This document shows positions 24,736-36,751 of a stretch of DNA of 64,000 nt, in pieces; the stretch's first letter is position 1; the number at the start of each line of letters is the position of its first letter. This DNA comes from Felis catus. Lineage: Eukaryota. The DNA lies in the NCBI RefSeq assembly GCF_018350175.1, contig NC_058368.1:210244001-210308000 (forward strand), read 5' to 3'. Both the position numbers and the translations under genes were made by a program. The notes below the pieces were generated by a model. The model made no database searches. It was given only the letters and a program-made list of their open reading frames with translations, and had not been told where the DNA came from.

Positions 24736-25567
24736 TAAATCTTCAGTATTTTAATTCAGTGGAACCCTAATAAACATGGCTCATTTTATGTGACTTTTAA
24801 TTTAAAATAAAATTCTGAAACAATATCTTCTAATAATGTCAATTAGAATATAATTCATGCATATCTCTTTCATTTGATACTTTCATTCGCTATTGAGTTC
24901 TTGCCATGAGCCAGGTAGTGCCGCAAATGCCTTGCAGTGTGTATGTAATTATGCAGACAGTAATTATGATGAGATATGTATTGCGAACTTCACACTGAAC
25001 AGTAAAAAAGTCAGGACACTTACTGGCGAAAAATAGAATATGGTGAAAAATAGAATAGGCAAGGGCCAGATTTGGGATTTTTTTAGCATAGGGATTTGGT
25101 GTGAATGACCCCAAATTTTTAATATAAAACTTGTTACCTGCATTTTTAAGAGAATGCCCTAAATGTTATCACATTTCTCAAAATGTGAAGGGCATAGGGT
25201 TGGAAGTGTATGCAAGAGTATCTATTACTCCCCCTCCTCAGAAAGGTTAAGAGCCACTGAATTAGGTTTATAGAGTTGTTTGGGTCATTATGCTGCTGTT
25301 CATTGAGATTATCTACTGAGGCCATGTGAGAATTCTGTAGCAACAGAATTCTGAATTACTGGAAAGAATTAAAAAGAAGAAAAAACCCAAAAACCTTTCC
25401 TTAACCTTCTTTGTAGACCCAAGGACAGAGCTACTTTTAGGTGATTCGTGTTTGTGTTAACATTTGTTCTTAAGTGTTTAAGCAAACATCACACTGGTAA
25501 AGATTTCTCATCTTTTCTATTTTATAATTTAAAGAAATATTTACAAGTTAAAAATAGGTTATAGTAC

Positions 25568-25748
25568 AGGGACACCTGGGTGGCTCGGTAGGTTAAGTGT
25601 GTCTGATTTCAGCTCAGGTTATGATCTTGCAGTTTGTGGGTTCAAGTCCCACATTGGACTCTGCTTGGGATTCTCCCTCTCCTTCTCTGTCTGCCCCTCT
25701 CCTGCTCATGCTCTTTCTCTCTCAAAATAAATAAATAAACATGAAAGA
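25568..25748 (+). mobile_element. Can-SINE
   Basis: TSD gttatagtaca. Confidence 0.88.
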
Positions 25749-26408
25749 ATGTTATAGTACAAAAGGGTTTAAAATGAAAAGCTAGTCTTTCATTTCATAT
25801 ATCTAGTACTAATCTCCAGGTACAACCTATATATATATTTTTTTTTTCTATATAATGCCTTTGTTGTTTTTTTTAAACTTATGTTTCCATCAGCACACAC
25901 AGTTCTATTTTATGCTTTTTAATCTCTACATAGTAACATATTTAACCAGCTTCCTACGGATATGAGTTGTTTTGCTATTATAAACAATGCTTCAGTAAAT
26001 ATCCTTGTACATGTCTTTTGTGTACTATAGATAGAAGTATTTTTTAGGATAAATTAGGATGAGTAATATGTTCATTTAAAATTTTAATAGTGAAGAATTG
26101 CCTTCCAACTGCAACTTCCATAATGCCATCATGTATGAATGAGAATGTCTTTCATATACCTTTGATACATTATCAGTTTTTAATTTATGTGTCCTTAAGT
26201 AGGAGTAAGATTGAATGCTTTTTCATATAAGCCTATAAACCGTTTACTTTGCCCACTTTTTAAAAGTGGGTGAAGGAGCTATCATATTTTGGTTGCTTCT
26301 TCTTGATAATTTCTAAGAGTTCTCTGTATATTAAGTAGATAATTCCTTTTTAATTTAAAGTGTGTTTTTAGAATGAGAACAAAGAACTTACATAGTGTTT
26401 CTTTCTAG

Positions 26409-26464
26409 GTCATTCAATATTAACAGGGTTGCGACCCAGGCTGTGGAAGATGTTTTAAATATTG
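26409..26464 (+). CDS. NADK2: NADK2 coding exon (56 nt; probably exon 9)
   Basis: tttctag|G...ATTG|gtgagt; SFNINRVATQAVEDVLNI. Confidence 0.96.
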
Positions 26465-26588
26465 GTGAGTACCAGAATAGCTATTTATGTTACAATTATA
26501 ATGTACTATATAATGTATATATTTTATTGTATGTTAGCTATTATGACATTACTTAATCAAGATATTCCACCCTTTCCTTTTTCAATAG

Positions 26589-26642
26589 CAAAACGACAAG
26601 GAAATTTAAGTCTTCCATTGAACAGAGAATTGGTAGAGAAAG
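26589..26642 (+). CDS. NADK2: NADK2 coding exon (54 nt; probably exon 10), after a 124-nt intron
   Basis: caatag|CA...AAAG|gtcagt; (A)KRQGNLSLPLNRELVEK. Confidence 0.95.
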
Positions 26643-27938
26643 GTCAGTGACTAATGATCATAGTTACTAACAGTTTCATTCAAGTTCTGTATCAGTCTTT
26701 AGGATGTTATTATGAAGTGTACTTGTCTAATTAGCAAAACATTGTACTTTTTTGACTCAAACAGGCCCTTGATATAATACCTTTACGTATATTTAAACAA
26801 TAAAAAGTTTAGAGCTGGACTTTATATTAGATTTTTGTGAACTATGAAATACAACCTCTGTGCCAAAACTCTTAACTACATACATATTCTGGGGGATAGG
26901 AAAATATAGAAAAATACAGATCTGGCAAATGGGAAATGTTTACCTAAACTCTGTGTGCCATTAATATCCTCTGAATGAAAAGGAGTTCACTGAGCTGTGA
27001 ATGCTTATCTTCACATTCACTAAAATCTTCTCTTTAACTTTCTTCTTTCTATTCCTGCCCGGTTACTTCAGGGTTCCTTTGAGAGAACCAGCACTGTTGG
27101 GAAAGACTACTGATCAGGGAACTTGAAGGCCTGGGCTCTAATCCCAGACCAACCAGTCACTCACTGGAAATAGGAGCAAGACTGTGGTTCCATTCTTCTA
27201 CTTCTTGAACTATAAAAGGATGAAGTAGAGATAGATTGGTAATACCTAAGGGGTTTTTCAAATTTATTCTTCAAGTTTTTCTGTTCTAAATATTTAAATT
27301 CTTAAATTGGAAAACACATTCCTTTGATTTGCTTATGAAATTAACTCACTAAAATCCCCTCTTCTGTACCAGAATCATTTTTGTACAGACCTCAAACTAA
27401 AGATTCTCTAGTTGTCTCTGTTTGATTGAAGAGTATCCTAAGTTTTCAAGATTATTAAAAAATCCAAACTTGTTCATAGTGCATCTCCTTATCTATGTAA
27501 GGGTGTTCAACATATACAACCAAAACCAAATACACAAAGTGGATATTGGCAAATGTAAGACTGCAGCTGGCATCCATAAACACAGACACTTGAATTTAAG
27601 AGTTATCAAAATAGTCTCACTCTTTTTGGTTGCCTTTTAAATAATTTAGCAATACACAATAAAGTATTTGAATAGTGCCAGTTCATTTATGTGTGTATTT
27701 TAGATTTCCACATAAGACTTACTTTACTGGGGGACATGGTTGGCCTTTAATAGTTTGAAAACAGGACTAAATCTCTGAAGTCCCTTTCAACTGTCTAAAA
27801 CGGACTTTCTCCCTCTCTCAATTTGAGACCAAAACGATTATTTTGATCACAGCTTATGAGCTAGCATTAGCTTTAAATCTGTGTTAGAGTTAAATTAGGC
27901 ATTTACAGTAGTTGATTCATTATATAATTTAACTTAAA

Positions 27939-28130
27939 GGGGCGCCTGGGTGGCTCAGTGGGTTAAACATCTGACTCTTGATTTCAGCTCAGGTCATTAT
28001 CTCATAGTTCATGAGTTCGAGCCTTGCATCGGGCTTGTGCTGAGAGTGCAGAGCCTGCTTGGGATTTTGTCTCTGCCCCTCCCCTGCTCATGCTTGCTCA
28101 CTGTCTCTCAAAATAAAAAACTTCAAAAAA
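27939..28130 (+). mobile_element. Can-SINE
   Basis: TSD taatttaacttaaa. Confidence 0.92.
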
Positions 28131-28339
28131 TAATTTAACTTAAAACGTATATAAAACAACTGAAATTTATATCGGGTATGTAAATTAATTTAAGGGTATA
28201 CATAAAATACAGTGATTTTTCCACTTTACTGAATGAATGTTATTCCTTTGAAGATTTGACTGTCCTCAGAAACAATAGTGAATGCCAGTAGTGCAGTCAC
28301 TGTTACAGACATTTCTGGAACTACCTTCAGAGCTAGCAC

Positions 28340-28447
28340 TTTTTTTTTTTTTTTTTAAGTGATCTCTATGCCCAAAGTGGGGCTCGAACTCACGATCCTG
28401 AAATCAAGAGTTACATGCTTTACCCACTGGACCCAGCCAGACAGCTG
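28340..28447 (-). mobile_element. Short old Can-SINE
   Basis: TSD agctagcac; gggctcgaactcacgatcctgaaatcaagagt. Confidence 0.8.
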
Positions 28448-29178
28448 TAGCTAGCACATTTTGAGTGTTTGTATTCCCAGAGGAGCAAATTTTTGAGAGT
28501 AAATTAGATTTTTTTCAAGGAGCCAAATAATTTAAACAAAATTTTGGTAAATAAGGTGGATTGTCTGACAGTCTTATAATGTTTTAATGTGGTGTTCAAC
28601 TATACGTTCTTTCAAGCCTGATTTCCTTGTATAATTGTTTTTGACCAATTTATGTTTTGCCTACCAACTGTCATGTGCCTCTTGGTTAGAAAGCAGGTCC
28701 CAAAGATTTCTAAAAATATCATGTGTAATGAGAGTTTCATTAGAGAAAGCGTATTACCTGTAATTTTTTGAGACTGCATTTTTAATCAAGAGAATTAACT
28801 TAATATTTATGGACACTTTGACATGGTGTTTTGGAAGGGAATTTGGCAAGGGACTATGGCAACTCAGGTTCTGTTTTTGAATGCCCCAAGTTAGTTCCTC
28901 TACTTTTGTTTAATTACTGGTTTTGTAGCCCACTCCCCAGTATGTCTCCAGCTGATGTGTCAGGGGCTTTGGTGGCCTTATCTTGAAACCTAATCCTCAT
29001 TTTATAAAGTTTTTGTTCTTTTAATGGAATGTGTTGTGAGTTCCAAGAAAGTTTCTGCCAAACAGACCTTTGAAACAGAGTTGCATTTAAATTGGGGATA
29101 GCATAGCATCCATTTTTCATTTTGCACTTCTCAGAAGTGACTTTCTTTGAATGTGCTAATACTTTTTTTCCTTTATAG

Positions 29179-29302
29179 TAACAAATGAATATAACGAATC
29201 GCTGCTCTATAGTCCAGAAGAACCAAAAATACTTTTCAGTATTCGAGAACCAATAGCAAACAGAGTTTTCTCCAGCAGTCGTCAGCGCTGCTTCACGTCA
29301 AA
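29179..29302 (+). CDS. NADK2: NADK2 coding exon (124 nt; probably exon 11)
   Basis: ctttatag|TA...TCAAA|gtaagc; (V)TNEYNESLLYSPEEPKILFSIREPIANRVFSSSRQRCFTS(K). Confidence 0.97.
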
Positions 29303-29618
29303 GTAAGCTTCCAAAGGCCAGCCTGTGACTATGCTTCCATCTCTTGTAATTATAAATGGGTTTTGGTTTTAAAGTATTCAGTATGATGAAATTCACTCAT
29401 TCACACTTAATCTAGTAGGAAAAGTAGGGCTTTTGGAACTAGTGAGGCGTCATGCTATATATACCCTGGAGGAAATATTTCCTTTCCCAACTTGTGCCAT
29501 TTTAGAGAAACTATAAGTAAATAGAAGGGGCATAATTATCTAACTGGGTGATATGGATTTGTTGTTTTCATATATTAAGACAGAATAAGATCAAATTATC
29601 ACTTTAAAAGAAACTGGA

Positions 29619-29842
29619 GGGGCGCCTGGGTGGCGCAGTCGGTTGGGCGTCCGACTTCAGCCAGGTCACGATCTCGTGGTCCGTGAGTTCGAGCCCCGCG
29701 TCAGGCTCTGGGCTGATGGCTCAGAGCCTGGAGCCTGTTTCAGATTCTGTGTCTCCCTCTCTCTCTGCCCCTCCCCCGTTCATGCTCTGTCTCTCTCTGT
29801 CCCAAAAATAAATAAACGTTGAAAAAAAAAATTAAAAAAAAA
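29619..29842 (+). mobile_element. Young SINEC_Fc
   Basis: TSD aaaagaaactgga; CpG-rich. Confidence 0.96.
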
Positions 29843-30259
29843 AAAAGAAACTGGAAAGCAACTTTTTTTTATATGCTATTGGATTAAAAAAAAAAAAAGG
29901 ACAAATATTCATATAAAACCTAACTTGTAAAGCCGTAAACTTTCAGAGTAGGACTCATTTCTTTCAGCTTTTTCCTAAAAGTGACCTCCCCCTTCCTCGC
30001 ATTTACTGAATTTGATTTTTGTTTGAAGGGAAGATATCAAAAAACCTTATAATTTATTTTATAAAGGTTGCCCAATTTTCTAAACAAAACTATGAAAAAA
30101 TGTCATTTGTCTCATGGCAAGCAAAGAACAGTTTAATTATGAATTGCTACTTATATAGTGTGCATATTTTCTTTTTTGAAATATGGTTGATATTTTTTCT
30201 AGGAAAAACAAATTCGTTTTACTCATTTGAAAGTTAATTTTGATTAATCGACAAATCTA

Positions 30260-31470
30260 TGTACTCAGTTTAGGTGAAATTACAAAGACATTTAAATTTT
30301 GCTCATATAAACAGAGTAAGCTTCATGACTTTGGCAGTTGGACAATATTAACAAAAGATGGAGAAATTGAACTATTTAGAATTAAGTACTTTTCTTAATG
30401 GAGACACCATTAAGGAAAAAAAAAAAAAGGCAAGCCACAGAGTGATAGATATGCAACAATGGACTTCTATCCAAAATATTGTAAAGATTCCTACAACTCT
30501 ATTAAGAAAAAGGCAACTCAGTAGAAAAATTGCCAAAGTCCTGGACAGGCCTTTCACAGAAGAGGGTATCCAAATGGCTCAGTGTATGAAAAACATCCTT
30601 GACCTTATTATTCATGTGGGGAATGCAAATGAAACTATATAATATGATACCATACACACCCACCAGAATAGCTAAGGTGCTAGTTGTTGGTAAGGTGGGA
30701 GTAACTGCAACTTACATGCAGTATTTTTAGGACTAGTTTGGCATATTGTTTGGCAGTTACCTACCAAAGCTGAATAAAGCACACAGTGACCCAGCAAATT
30801 CGCTCTTAGGTATATATCCAACAGAAATGTATACACACATACATCTGCAACAAAAGACATGCTTAAGAATATTTGTAGTAGCACTACTTCCAGTAGTAAA
30901 AACCCAGATGTCTATGAATAGAGGAGGTACGTAAATTTTGGTATTTTCACACAATGGAAATGTTTTCATATAGCAATGAAAATGAACACAATACTACTAT
31001 ATGTAATAACCATGGATGAATTTCACAAGCATACTTTTTTGCTTATTTTTGAGAGAGAGAGAGAGCATGAGCAGGGGAAGGACAGAAAGAGAGAGAGAGA
31101 CACAATCTGAAACAGGCTCTGAGCTGTCAGCACAGAGCCCCACATGGGGCTCGAACTCATGAACCATGAGATCATGACCTGAGCCAAAGCTGGCCCTTAA
31201 CTGAGCCACCTGGGTGCGCCCACAAGCAAACTGTCAAGCAAAAGAAGCTAGACACAAAGCAAACCTATGTGTTCTTCCATTTATATAAAGTTTAAGAACA
31301 GAGCTATTACCACTATGGTGACTGAAATTAGGGTAGTGGGCATGCATGGGAAGGATGGCCCAAGGGTAGAGACTGGAGGAGAGCAGTGAGGGAGCTTCTG
31401 GGGAGCTGGGGAACATTTGATTCCTCATTTGGGTGATGAAGGCTGCACAAGTGTGTTCACTGAGCTGTTC
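30260..31470 (+). mobile_element. Old L1M 3' remnant with a nested antisense SINE (31035-31220)
   Basis: degenerate ORF2-end peptides (RPFTEEGIQMA, LLGIYPTEM); SINE TSD cacaagca. Confidence 0.75.
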
Positions 31471-31815
31471 ATTTGTGCCTCTTCATTTGTTCTTAAGTCA
31501 AAATTATCCATGAAAATAGTTACATTCTCAATATTAGTACTTAAAATAGTAATAACTCAACATTTTGTCATATGAAAAAAGCCTGTGAGTTCCATCAAGT
31601 CTGAACTTGTTCTCTTGAAAATGTTTGGGTGAATGGAGCTATCCTGAATATCTTAATTTTGAGATTTTGATAACATACAGTTACTCTCTCAAACCAAAGA
31701 ACAACTTGATTTTTAAAATCAAGGCCGAATGATCTGCCAGTTTCAATGAAAATTAAAGAAATCATAATTTAAAGTTAAGAAAACTTTATATTAATGAGAT
31801 GTTTTTTCTGCTTAG

Positions 31816-31951
31816 GGTATGTGTTCGATCTCGTTGTTGGGATGCCTGCATGGTTGTGGATGGAGGTACTTCTTTTGAGTTTAATGATGGAGCAATTGCC
31901 TCAATGATGATCAATAAAGAAGATGAGCTTCGAACTGTGATTCTAGAGTAA
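31816..31951 (+). CDS. NADK2: NADK2 last coding exon, to the TAA stop
   Basis: cttag|G; VCVRSRCWDACMVVDGGTSFEFNDGAIASMMINKEDELRTVILE*, followed directly by TGA. Confidence 0.97.
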
Positions 31952-34230
31952 TGAAAAATTTCCTCAGATGACAAATTTTGATTACTGGGAAAATACGTTC
32001 ACTGCAGAAACAGACTACCAATCATTATTGTTGAGACTGGTTGGCCCTGAGCTCCAAAGGTGACCAAGGAAGTGAGATTTGCATTATTCTTCTTTTGGAT
32101 TTGGATAAAAAAGATGTTCACTGTGTTAGAGAATGGATGGACTAAACTGATCAGAATTTATACTTCTACATTGCTTATAGTTGGTATCAAAGAGTACTGA
32201 TACATTTTTAAATTTAGAGAGGTAAGCTCAAATAAAGGATTAAATGTTTAAGATTTGAAATTTCACTGTACAAGATTTTTTTTTTTTCCCTTTCCTAACT
32301 TTGTGGAATTGGTCAGACCAACATATATCATTTAACTAGGGTATATTTTTTATAGTACCTAAAAATCAAGATTTTTAAAAAATTTTGATGGAGAATTTTT
32401 GATAAATCCTGACATTGACCTAACTGAAGTAGGTAAATGTGTTTTTTATATGTGCTTAGAATTTTCTAATTTCAGAGGACAATACTGTTATGGCTCTATT
32501 GATTTAAGAAGTTCAAATCATTTTTGAAATTATCGGTGTTTTCATTTAATTGATTTTCAGGTTAATTTTGACAGTTCTGGGTGAAATACATATATCTGGA
32601 CAAAATCATGATACTGTTGCAAATGTATTAATTATCCAATAGCTATTTGAGGGAAGAGACTTTTTTTTTTAAATGGTTTTGAGTCTTAATAGATTCCTTC
32701 CATATTTAAAACTCTAACATGGAATCAGAGACTATAAGAATGAATTGATTAGACGTATTCTATTAGGAGTTTGGTAAAACCTTTTAAAAATATTTTCATC
32801 CAGTATTATGAGGTTTGTCAGAAAATGGATTCTTTAATAAATATGCAAAACACAATTAGTTGGAATTGCCTTGCTTTTAATATCATGGTAGTTTTCACTA
32901 GCTCATATTCCATGTTTTTACACATTAGCTTTGGGAGATAAAATGTTATGGCTTCTCTTGCCCTCCCTCCACTATGAGATTTCCTTTAGTTTGAGAGGAA
33001 ATTATCTAATTATTGATCTACTTACAAGTAATCCTAGAATTTTCACAAAAAGCACCTATTGCTGTGTCATGAGACAGCTGGTAATCTCATGCCATTTATT
33101 CAGTTGTATCTGTTTTTTTTCACTTGCTGCTAAAAACTTCAACATTGAAATATTTATTGAACACATACCTTGTGCCATGTACTGTGTCAGATGCTGGATC
33201 TCAGTTGATCAATGAAAAAGACTGTCCTGATAGAACTTGAGACGAGTGGGCTCAAATTCTGTGAGAGCTAGGATATATAATCGAATTGAATGCTATTACT
33301 TTTGCCAACATTTAATATGTTCTTGTCAAATTTTTAAATAAATGTTACTATACAAAGGTAATCTAGGTTTTGATGTATATCCAGAACAAGAATCTGTTTT
33401 TCTTTTCAAAGAGTATCTGCATAGACGTTCAAAGCAGTGTTTACATGATGTGTACAATGAAAATTAGTGTTTTCCCAGAGCTGGATCTAGTTTCTGGCTT
33501 GATTTAAAAATGTACCGAAGATAACACTTTATGAAGAAGTGAAATTCCACACCATAAAAATTCCTCTAAGAAGTTTAAAATACCTTCTTGACAAAAATGC
33601 CAACTCTATCCAAAATGGTACCATAGATCTGTTAATGTTACATATTAATAGGCAATCTGCTCTGTAAAATTGTTCATAAGCCATATTTTAAAGGTTTAAA
33701 AAATAGTTAATGTGCTGCATTTGCAGTATAACTAACATTTCTGCTAGGTGTTGGGGATTTATTTGTTAAGAGATAAGAGGCAAAGGATATTGCAATAGAA
33801 GAAACGTGTTTATGAATGAGTTAACCTTTTAATGGCAACTATGTGAATAAACATAATTAAACTGGTATTATCTTTTTTTTTAAACTACATTTGCTTGCTT
33901 AACTCTTATAGCACCATTAATGGAAAATCAGATTCTCCCAAAATGGTATGTTTCAGGTCTTTTCCACCTGGAAAAGATACTTTCCAGGATACTGCTGATG
34001 TTGCACACAGAACTAGGACTTGTTATATAAGCAGAGGGTAAAGTACTTACTTTTTAAGTATAGACTCTGCAGATATTTTTCACTAGTTTTGATGTTCCAC
34101 ATGTATTTATATTCGTGGCCCCACTAAATCAAATCATATTGAATGTTTAGTAGCCTTCAGGTATAAAGAATTTCCATTCATTTCACTTTTTAAATATCAA
34201 AATAAACTATGTATAAATCATTAGAACCAG
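31952..34230 (+). other. NADK2: NADK2 3' UTR (approximate; several candidate poly(A) signals)
   Basis: AT-rich, repeat-poor; AATAAA at 32231, 32836, 33337, 33846 and 34201; 3' end inferred. Confidence 0.6.
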
Positions 34231-34264
34231 TTAACACAAAGTTATCAAAAAAATATTCACTTGA

Positions 34265-36751
34265 TGTACATGGAACACTCTCCAGAACAGATCACATATT
34301 AGGGTACAAAACAAGTCTTAACAAATTCAAAAAGACTTAAGTAATGTCATGCATCTTTTCATCTAGTTTCATAACAATGCTATAAAACTAGAAATCAACC
34401 ACAAGAAAAAATCTGGCAAGACCATAAAGACATGGAGGTTAAATAACATGCTACTAAAAGCAAGAAATCAAAGAAGAAATATAAAGTTACATGGGGACAA
34501 ATGAAAATCAACACACAACAGTCTAAAATCTTTGGGATGCAGAAAAAGTGGTTCTAAGGGAAGTTTATAGCAATACAGGCCTATTCAAGAAGCAAGAAAA
34601 ATCTCAATCTAACCTTATACCTAAGGAACTAGAAAAAGAACAAAACGCAAAACCAGCAGAAGGAAAGAAAAATCAGAGCAGAAATAAATGATATAGAAAC
34701 TAAACAATAGAACAGATCAATGAAATCAGGAGCTAGTTTTTTGAAAATATAAACAAAATTGATAACCTTCTAGCCAAACTCCTCAAAAAAGACAAAACCA
34801 AACAGCCAGTACCATGGAAATACAATTAGAATACTATGAAAAGTTAGATGCCAACAAATTGGACAACCTAAAAGAAATAGATGCCTCTCTAAAAACATGT
34901 AACCTACCAAAACTGAAACAGGAATAGAAAATTTGAAGAGACCGATTACCACCAATGAAATTGAATCAGTAATCAAAAAACTTGCAACAAACCAAAGTCC
35001 AGGACCAGATGGCTTCATAGGTGAACTCTACCAAACATTTAAAGAGTTAATACCTATTCTCCTCCAACTATTCCAAAAACCAGAAGAGAAAGAAAAACTT
35101 CTAAATTCATTCTATGATACCAAAACTAGATAAAGGCACCACAAAAACAGAACTACAGGCCAGTATCTCGGATAAACATGGATACAAAAATCCTCAATAA
35201 AATAATAGCAAACTGAACCAAATACAATGCATTTAAAAAAATCATTCACCATGATCAAGCAGGATTTATACCCAGGGTGTAACAAGGGTGGGTCAATATT
35301 CACAATCGATCAACATATGATGCATCACGTCAATAAGAAAGGATAAAAACTATAGGGCAATTTCAATAGATGCAGAAAAAGCATTAGACATAGTACAACA
35401 TCCATTCATGATAAAAACTCTCAAGGTAGGTTTAAAGGGAACATACCTCAACATAATAAAGGCGACATATGAAAAAACAACAGCAACCCTCATACTCAAT
35501 GGGAAAAAAACTGAAAGCATTTCTCCTAAGGTCAGTAAAAGATAAAGCTGTCCACCCTCACCACCTTTATTCAACATAATACTGGAAGTCCTAGCCACAG
35601 CCATCAGGCAAAAAAAAAGAAAAGGCATCCAACTTGGCAAGAAAAAGGTAAAACTTTCACTATTTACAGATGACACGATACTATATATAAAAATCCCTAA
35701 AGACTCCCCAAAAAATACTAGAACTGATAAATGAATTCAGTAAAGTCATAGGATAAAAAGTCAATATACAGAAATCTGTTGCATTTCTATACACTAATAA
35801 TGAAGCAGCAGAAAGAGAAATTAAAACAATTCCATTTATAATTATACCAAAACTAATAAAACATCTAAGAATAAACTTAACCAAGGAGGTGAAAGACCTG
35901 TACTCTGAAAACTATAAAACACTAATGAAAGAAAGATGACACAAAGAAATGGAAAGACATTCTGTGCTTATGGATTGTACTGTTAACATGTCTATACTAC
36001 CCAGGGGTACTTGGGTGTCTCGGTTAAGCGTCCGACTCTTGGTTTTGGCTCAGGTCATGATCTCACAGTTTGTGAGTTTGAGCCCTGCATTGGGCTCCGT
36101 GCTGCTGGTGTGGAGCCTGCTTGGTATTCTCTCTCTGCCCCTCCCCCACTTGCGCTGTCAAAATAAACTTTTTTTTAAAAAGCCTATATTACCCATAGCA
36201 ATCTGCAGATTTAATGCAATCCCTATACCAACAGCATTCTTAAAAAACCAACAGGACAAAATCTAGATAAACAGTCCTAAAGTTTGTATGGAACCACAAA
36301 AGACCCCAGATAGCAAAGCTGTCTTGAAAAAAAGAAAACTGGGGGCGCCTGGGTGGCGCAGTCGGTTAAGTGTCCGACTTCAGCCAGGTCACGATCTCGC
36401 GGTCCGTGAGTTCGAGCCCCGCATCAGGCTCTGGGCTGATGGCTCAGAGCCTGGAGCCTGTTTCCGATTCTGTGTCTCCCTCTCTCTCTGCCCCTCCCCC
36501 GTTCATGCTCTGTCTCTCTCTGTCCCAAAAATAAATAAACGTTGAAAAAAAAAATTAAAAAAAAAAAAAAAGAAAAAGAAAAAAAGAAAACTGGAGGCAT
36601 CACAATTCCAGACTTGAAGTTACACTACAAAGCTGTAGTAATCAAAACAGTATCATACTGGCACAAAAACAGACACATAGATCAATGGAACAGAATAGAA
36701 TACCCAGAAATAAACTCACAATTATATGGTCAATTAATCTTTCACAAAGGA
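34265..36751 (+). mobile_element. Carnivore L1 ORF2 internal fragment (L1 'A'), truncated at both ends; SINEs at 36004-36182 and 36342-36578
   Basis: ORF2 peptides SPGPDGF and [19 protein letters not shown]; degenerate RT motif (ctatttacagatgac); no 3' UTR or poly(A). Confidence 0.93.
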
